A stretch of 64,000 nucleotides of DNA from Octopus bimaculoides (lineage: Eukaryota): assembly GCF_001194135.2 (NCBI RefSeq), contig NC_068985.1:26082919-26146918 (forward strand), written 5' to 3'. A program made the position numbers and the translations under genes. Within the stretch, counting starts at the first letter, position 1. Every line of letters starts with the position of its first letter. Below the pieces are notes generated by a model, which worked only from the letters and a program-made list of their open reading frames with translations, had not been told where the DNA came from and made no database searches. This document shows positions 59,133-64,000 of this stretch, piece after piece.

Positions 59133-62100
59133 AATAGAAAATAAGAATACATTAATGTATTTTGGAAGAACTTGGAAAGCCAACACTCATAAATTCCTGT
59201 TTTTGGAATGGGAATGTATATGATGAAGTGGTACGCTAATTGAAGACTGACATGAACAATGTAGCAAACAGCGATGTTTGCATAGTTAAATTCATGCAGG
59301 AGAGCAGTTTTTATCTGCTGTCTGTTAATAAAGAAATAATAAAGGAAATTTAAATTACTATGAATCCTTCCTAAATTAAGACATTTCTTTCTTCAGCACT
59401 CCCTCCCATCCCCATTCATGCTTCCAGTCCTAAATTTCATTTGTAAGGTCTTTCAGCTTCTCATTTCTTGTTTTAAAAATGTACTACCATTTCTAACAGT
59501 AACTTTACAGTACATAATTTTATTAGGGGTAATTTTAATTTAAAGTATTTTAATTTGATAAATTAACTACTGTAGTATACAAAAGCTGTTGCAAGTAACA
59601 TGTTTCATGTAATCTTTGTGAGATCAATACAAAATTGCGTAAACAGCCATAAATTGACTTTTTACTATTAGATTGGAACAGGTGTTTTGAGAGCCAGACT
59701 ACAAACTCTATGGTGTCTAATTTAGTGAGGTCCCGTGTGAGATTAAATCCTATAAAGGTTCATTTTTTAACTTTTAATCCCTCCAGGATCAGTTAGATAT
59801 CTACCAGTTACATTCTGAAGCTGATGAAAATGAACTGGGTATCATTAAAACAAACCTTGTGCCTGATGTAAACAATGTTTACTAGCAAAATCTTCAAGGC
59901 TATAAGCAGTAGTCATTTTAATCCCCATTCTCTTTAAACATGTTTTCATTTGATTACATCAAATACTCACTACATGGGTTTTATTATAAAATTTTTAGAT
60001 CCAAAAGCGGATTAATTTCAATGACAGTTTTTAAGATGCCTTTCTCATCAAGAGGCTAATGCTTCAATTTGGTCTTCAGCTGGACTGCAAACCATAGCAA
60101 GCCTTGCAATTTTATATCCCCGTTTTTTTTTTTGTTTGTTTTTTTTTTAAACATATATGCTTAGCAAGAAATCTAATGGGTTTCTAGTGGCTCTATTGAA
60201 TGCCTATGCAAATTATCCTGTTCCTTATTCTTATGTGCAAGAGAAGAGATACATTTATTTTGAAACCTCCATAAGAGTTTGTTTTCTTTCTGAAATTAAT
60301 ATTGTTTGTTAACTGGTGATAGCAGCAGTTGCAGGAGGTTTATGAGTCTTTATGAACTTGTTATTAAAAATTTGAGCTTCATTATTTGTTGAAACCTTTT
60401 TGTTTTTCCAAGAAAGGGAAAAAAACTTTGCAATTACCTGAATTATTTGACATGTTTACTATTTAAAATTTATTTTTATAATAGTTAACTCAGTTAATCT
60501 TTAAAGTACCAAAGATTTTTGTTTTTGTTCCCTCTCTCCAGATCTGATAAAATGCTGCCTGGTCTTTTTAATTTGGGGAATTGAATATACCAGTCTAAAC
60601 TGCACTGCATAATCTTTTCAGATTATGTCTCATTTAAAGATAATCTTTGCATGTCAATTGGTTATAGTTCCCATTTGCCTCTCTCTTTCTCTGAACAATA
60701 CCCTCAAAGATTTTGTTGGGTTTAAAACTTTGGTCAACCCTCCTATATGGCTCTATTGTTGAGAGCTATCAGGTGTTGCAGATATTCTTATCTAAAGCCT
60801 AACTTTTACTACATAAAAAAATTTAGAAAATGTTCAAGGAAACACTTGGTCCATGAAGAAAAAAAAATAAAATTAAAAGCTAACACAGTTCTTGTTTTTT
60901 TTTTATTTTTATAATAGTTGAAACCTTTGAATTTTGTATGGAATGTTATATTTAGAAAATATGTCCAATCATGTAAGTTATCAACATTTTAGGGGAATGG
61001 TGTTTTCTTAAATACCATATTATGAATCCAGTTAAACATTTGAAGTTAGGGTTGCTGTTTCCAGATTCGAATTAAAATTCTCTTAATGAAATTAAATTGA
61101 GCATTGTTTTTAACCAAATGATTGATATAATTGGCCAATTCTACAAAAGCAATTGGGAATTGACGAATATATTTATTTGATTTGTATATGAAGATGCTGT
61201 TAAACAGTGTCCTAAGCAATGGCTTGTAGAATTGCCTCTCAAAGTAAATTATTTAAACTTTTCAGTTATATAGGGTTTATATATATATTTTTTTTTCTAA
61301 CTGAAACCTGCTGAACTTTTTTTTACCCTCACCAAATATATTTTAGTACACAAATAGTTTTGTTACAAATTCATAAAATATCATCCACTTTATTTACACC
61401 TTTTCTTTTTTCTTTATGAAATCATTTGTAGATAGTATTTTTTTTTCTTTAGCGATGTATCCCCCAAAATTACTTTAAGATCTGGAAGGTTTTCATAATC
61501 CCAAACTTGTGTGAATATGTATTAAGATGAGAAACAAAAATATGGCCTTTTTTTTTTTTTTTAAATAAATTCAATTCCTTCAAATTTTTGATTTCCTATT
61601 TTAGTTTCTGCTAACAGTACATTCCCATTAATGTTAAATGATTGTATATAAGAAGCAATGTTGCCATTGTCTTCTTCGGATTTCAATGCTATTATCACAG
61701 TATCATGTGTGCCTGGCACAAACTTAAAAGATGAATAACCATGTGTAGGATTTAATGGTTGAATATACCGGATCTGTATTTGAGAGAATTTTTCATCACA
61801 ACTAATAAGTATATTAGTAGCTCGCCGTTCATCTGCATTCTCATCATAGGATTCTCTACTGAGGCGTCGGGGTAAAAAAAACCAACGTCTATGAATGGTA
61901 CTCCAAACAGCTGACTCGTGTATGAGGTAACCTGTAGTGGGGATTTTAAAAGAAAAAAAAGTTCAGAATAGAGTTTAATCTTGATATAGTTTATGATCAA
62001 AATTTCCAAAAATTGGTATCACTTAATAATGTGTATAAATATTAATTATTTGCCTATTATTCTAAGATTAGGAAGTGTTTCACCTGCTGAGTATCTCAAA

Positions 62101-64000
62101 TGTTTTCAATTTTACAGCATACAAGTTTCATAGAAGACCAGCCCTTAATCTCTAATTTAAACGGGAGAAAAAAGTTGCTAGTATTAAAATATTTTAATTC
62201 TTCCCTAATTTACTAATCTTAATATTAGAATTTTTTTTTTTTTAAGTCATCTCTTCAAAAGTGAAGGTATTTAGTATGACAAAACAAAATTACATTCTTC
62301 AAATTCCTACTGGTTTCATCCTTGATCAAACAAATCTCAGATCAAAGATTGTAGAGGCTTTACCATCATGTCTTTTTAGGAGTACATTGACTTAAATGAG
62401 ATTTGGCAGCTATTTCTAGCAGGTCAAATATAGTAATTATTACTACAAAGCTAGTCACCTTTCAAGAAAAATCTTAGATATACTGAATTCATTTCACCTC
62501 TTCCAATCTAGATATAATATCTTCCAACTTACTGTCTTAATTTTTCTGTAGGCATAGTTACAAAGTTTGCTTCCCAAACACATGGTTTCAAGTTTAGTCC
62601 CACTGCACAACATCTTGGGCAAGTATCCTCTACTGTTGCTTTAGTAGACAGAAACTGCAAGAAGTCTGTTGGAATACATGTGTTTGTCCACCACCACTTG
62701 ACAACTAGTATTGGTTTGCTAACATCATTATAACTCAACAGCTCAGCAAGAGAGACTGATAAAAAAAAAAGTACCAGGCTTAGAAATAAGCACTGGGTTG
62801 ACTAAACCCATTAAGGTGGTGCTCCAGTATGGCCACAGTCTTCTGACAGGAACAAGTCCAGATGGATAACCAAGTCCTCTGCAGATTTTCTGAGTCCATG
62901 GATCTATACTTAAAAATTTTCTACAGTGCAGGCAAGGTTTTTTTTTTTTTTTTAAGGAAACTAGTTTACCCATGCATACAAGTCTTCTGGCAGATTACTG
63001 TCAGAAAACAAAGTCATTACTTTCTACACACCAACAAAACTGCCATAGATTGGTTCTATGACCTCAAAAGGATAAAAGGCACTGGCTGGGGTCAAAACAA
63101 TCATACAAGTACTAAGCTTATTTTACTACATCTAGTCTTTTAAAAAGGTTCTTACACTCCTCTTTTGCTGGTGCAGTCCCAGTCCAGTGAGTGAAACCAA
63201 TGAAAGAACATCCTTTAATGCTTCTGCTTTCCACTTATAATCATCAGCACTCAAAAATAAATCACATCTACCTTAAACTTGAAAAATCATTAGAAATTTT
63301 TTAATAACCTCATCTAGTTTTCTGCCAAGTGATGTCATTTCTCCTATCAAATTGTCCACTGGCTATATATGCCTCCAAGGATGTGAAACCAGAGGCCTCA
63401 TTATCAAGAAGTGGGATGAGATGGGGTTGACAACAAGAGTATCCAGCTGTGAAAGTGCCTTGATAACATTTGTCTAACCCATGCTAGCATAGAAAAAAAA
63501 AGGATGTAAAAACGTATACATGTATATCCTTATAATGACTACTAAGCACTTTTAATAAGTACAAACAACATATATAATATAATCAATACAGATTGAAGTG
63601 GATCAAGGCAACTGGTGAAAGCAATGAACATGTTTTTCTATTATTAGACCTATCATTCTATGAACCTGACAAGATTAAGATTGCAATAGGTTTTCTGTTA
63701 GAAATATGTAAATTTTTACACATGCTTTTTTTTTGTACATATTGTGGAAGTTAGTAATATTCTATAGAACAATATCTGAATTTCTCTCGAGGACTTGATT
63801 CAGTAGCAGATTATTGTAATTTTACTTATTAAATTTGTAGGTTACCAGTAAACAGCTGTTCAATAGATTAGATTTGCAAGCCATATATTTTCACAAAACT
63901 AGAGCAATTTCAAGCTACATCCAAAGTAGACTCATTTAATAAAGTTTACTGATGTGACTATTAAAAAGTTATGTAAATTTCATGGAAAACTTAAGTAATT

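Noticed and set aside
59130-59140. Stop-codon readthrough autoregulation of eRF3
   Set aside because: The stop is TAA followed by A, not a leaky UGA-C context.
1-64000. CRISPR array, rRNA or prokaryotic operon
   Set aside because: No regularly spaced repeat-spacer array or rRNA-like sequence; the window is spliceosomal-intron-containing animal DNA.

Overview
AT-rich eukaryotic genomic DNA, most likely from an octopus or other coleoid cephalopod. This is inferred from the repeat families, microsatellite load and N gaps, not from a database search. The window holds two complete, intron-rich housekeeping genes arranged head-to-head with only 323 bp between their start codons. On the minus strand is a LUC7L3-like U1 snRNP-associated splicing factor (10 coding exons, 34455->9601, 489 aa). 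On the plus strand is translation termination factor eRF3/GSPT1 (14 coding exons, 34779->59132, 552 aa). Both models were assembled by hand; every intron is GT-AG and exon phases are consistent. Introns are filled with tRNA-derived SINEs, RTE-LINE 3' ends, piggyBac relics and MITEs, a mariner relic, a Helitron-like element and foldback repeats. Two signals stand out. First, there are two minimal type I hammerhead ribozyme folds with palindromic stem III, one inside a 346-bp unit with 33-bp terminal redundancy (retrozyme/Penelope-like) and one inside an inverted-repeat element. Second, the LUC7L3 3' end carries a dense set of splice signals: an exon-side-strong 5' splice site overlapping the last codons (SEGDT), 11-nt and 8-nt microexons and downstream exons, plus candidate poison exons upstream. 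Together these suggest a splice-site-class-sensing autoregulatory circuit. All regulatory interpretations are sequence-based hypotheses.
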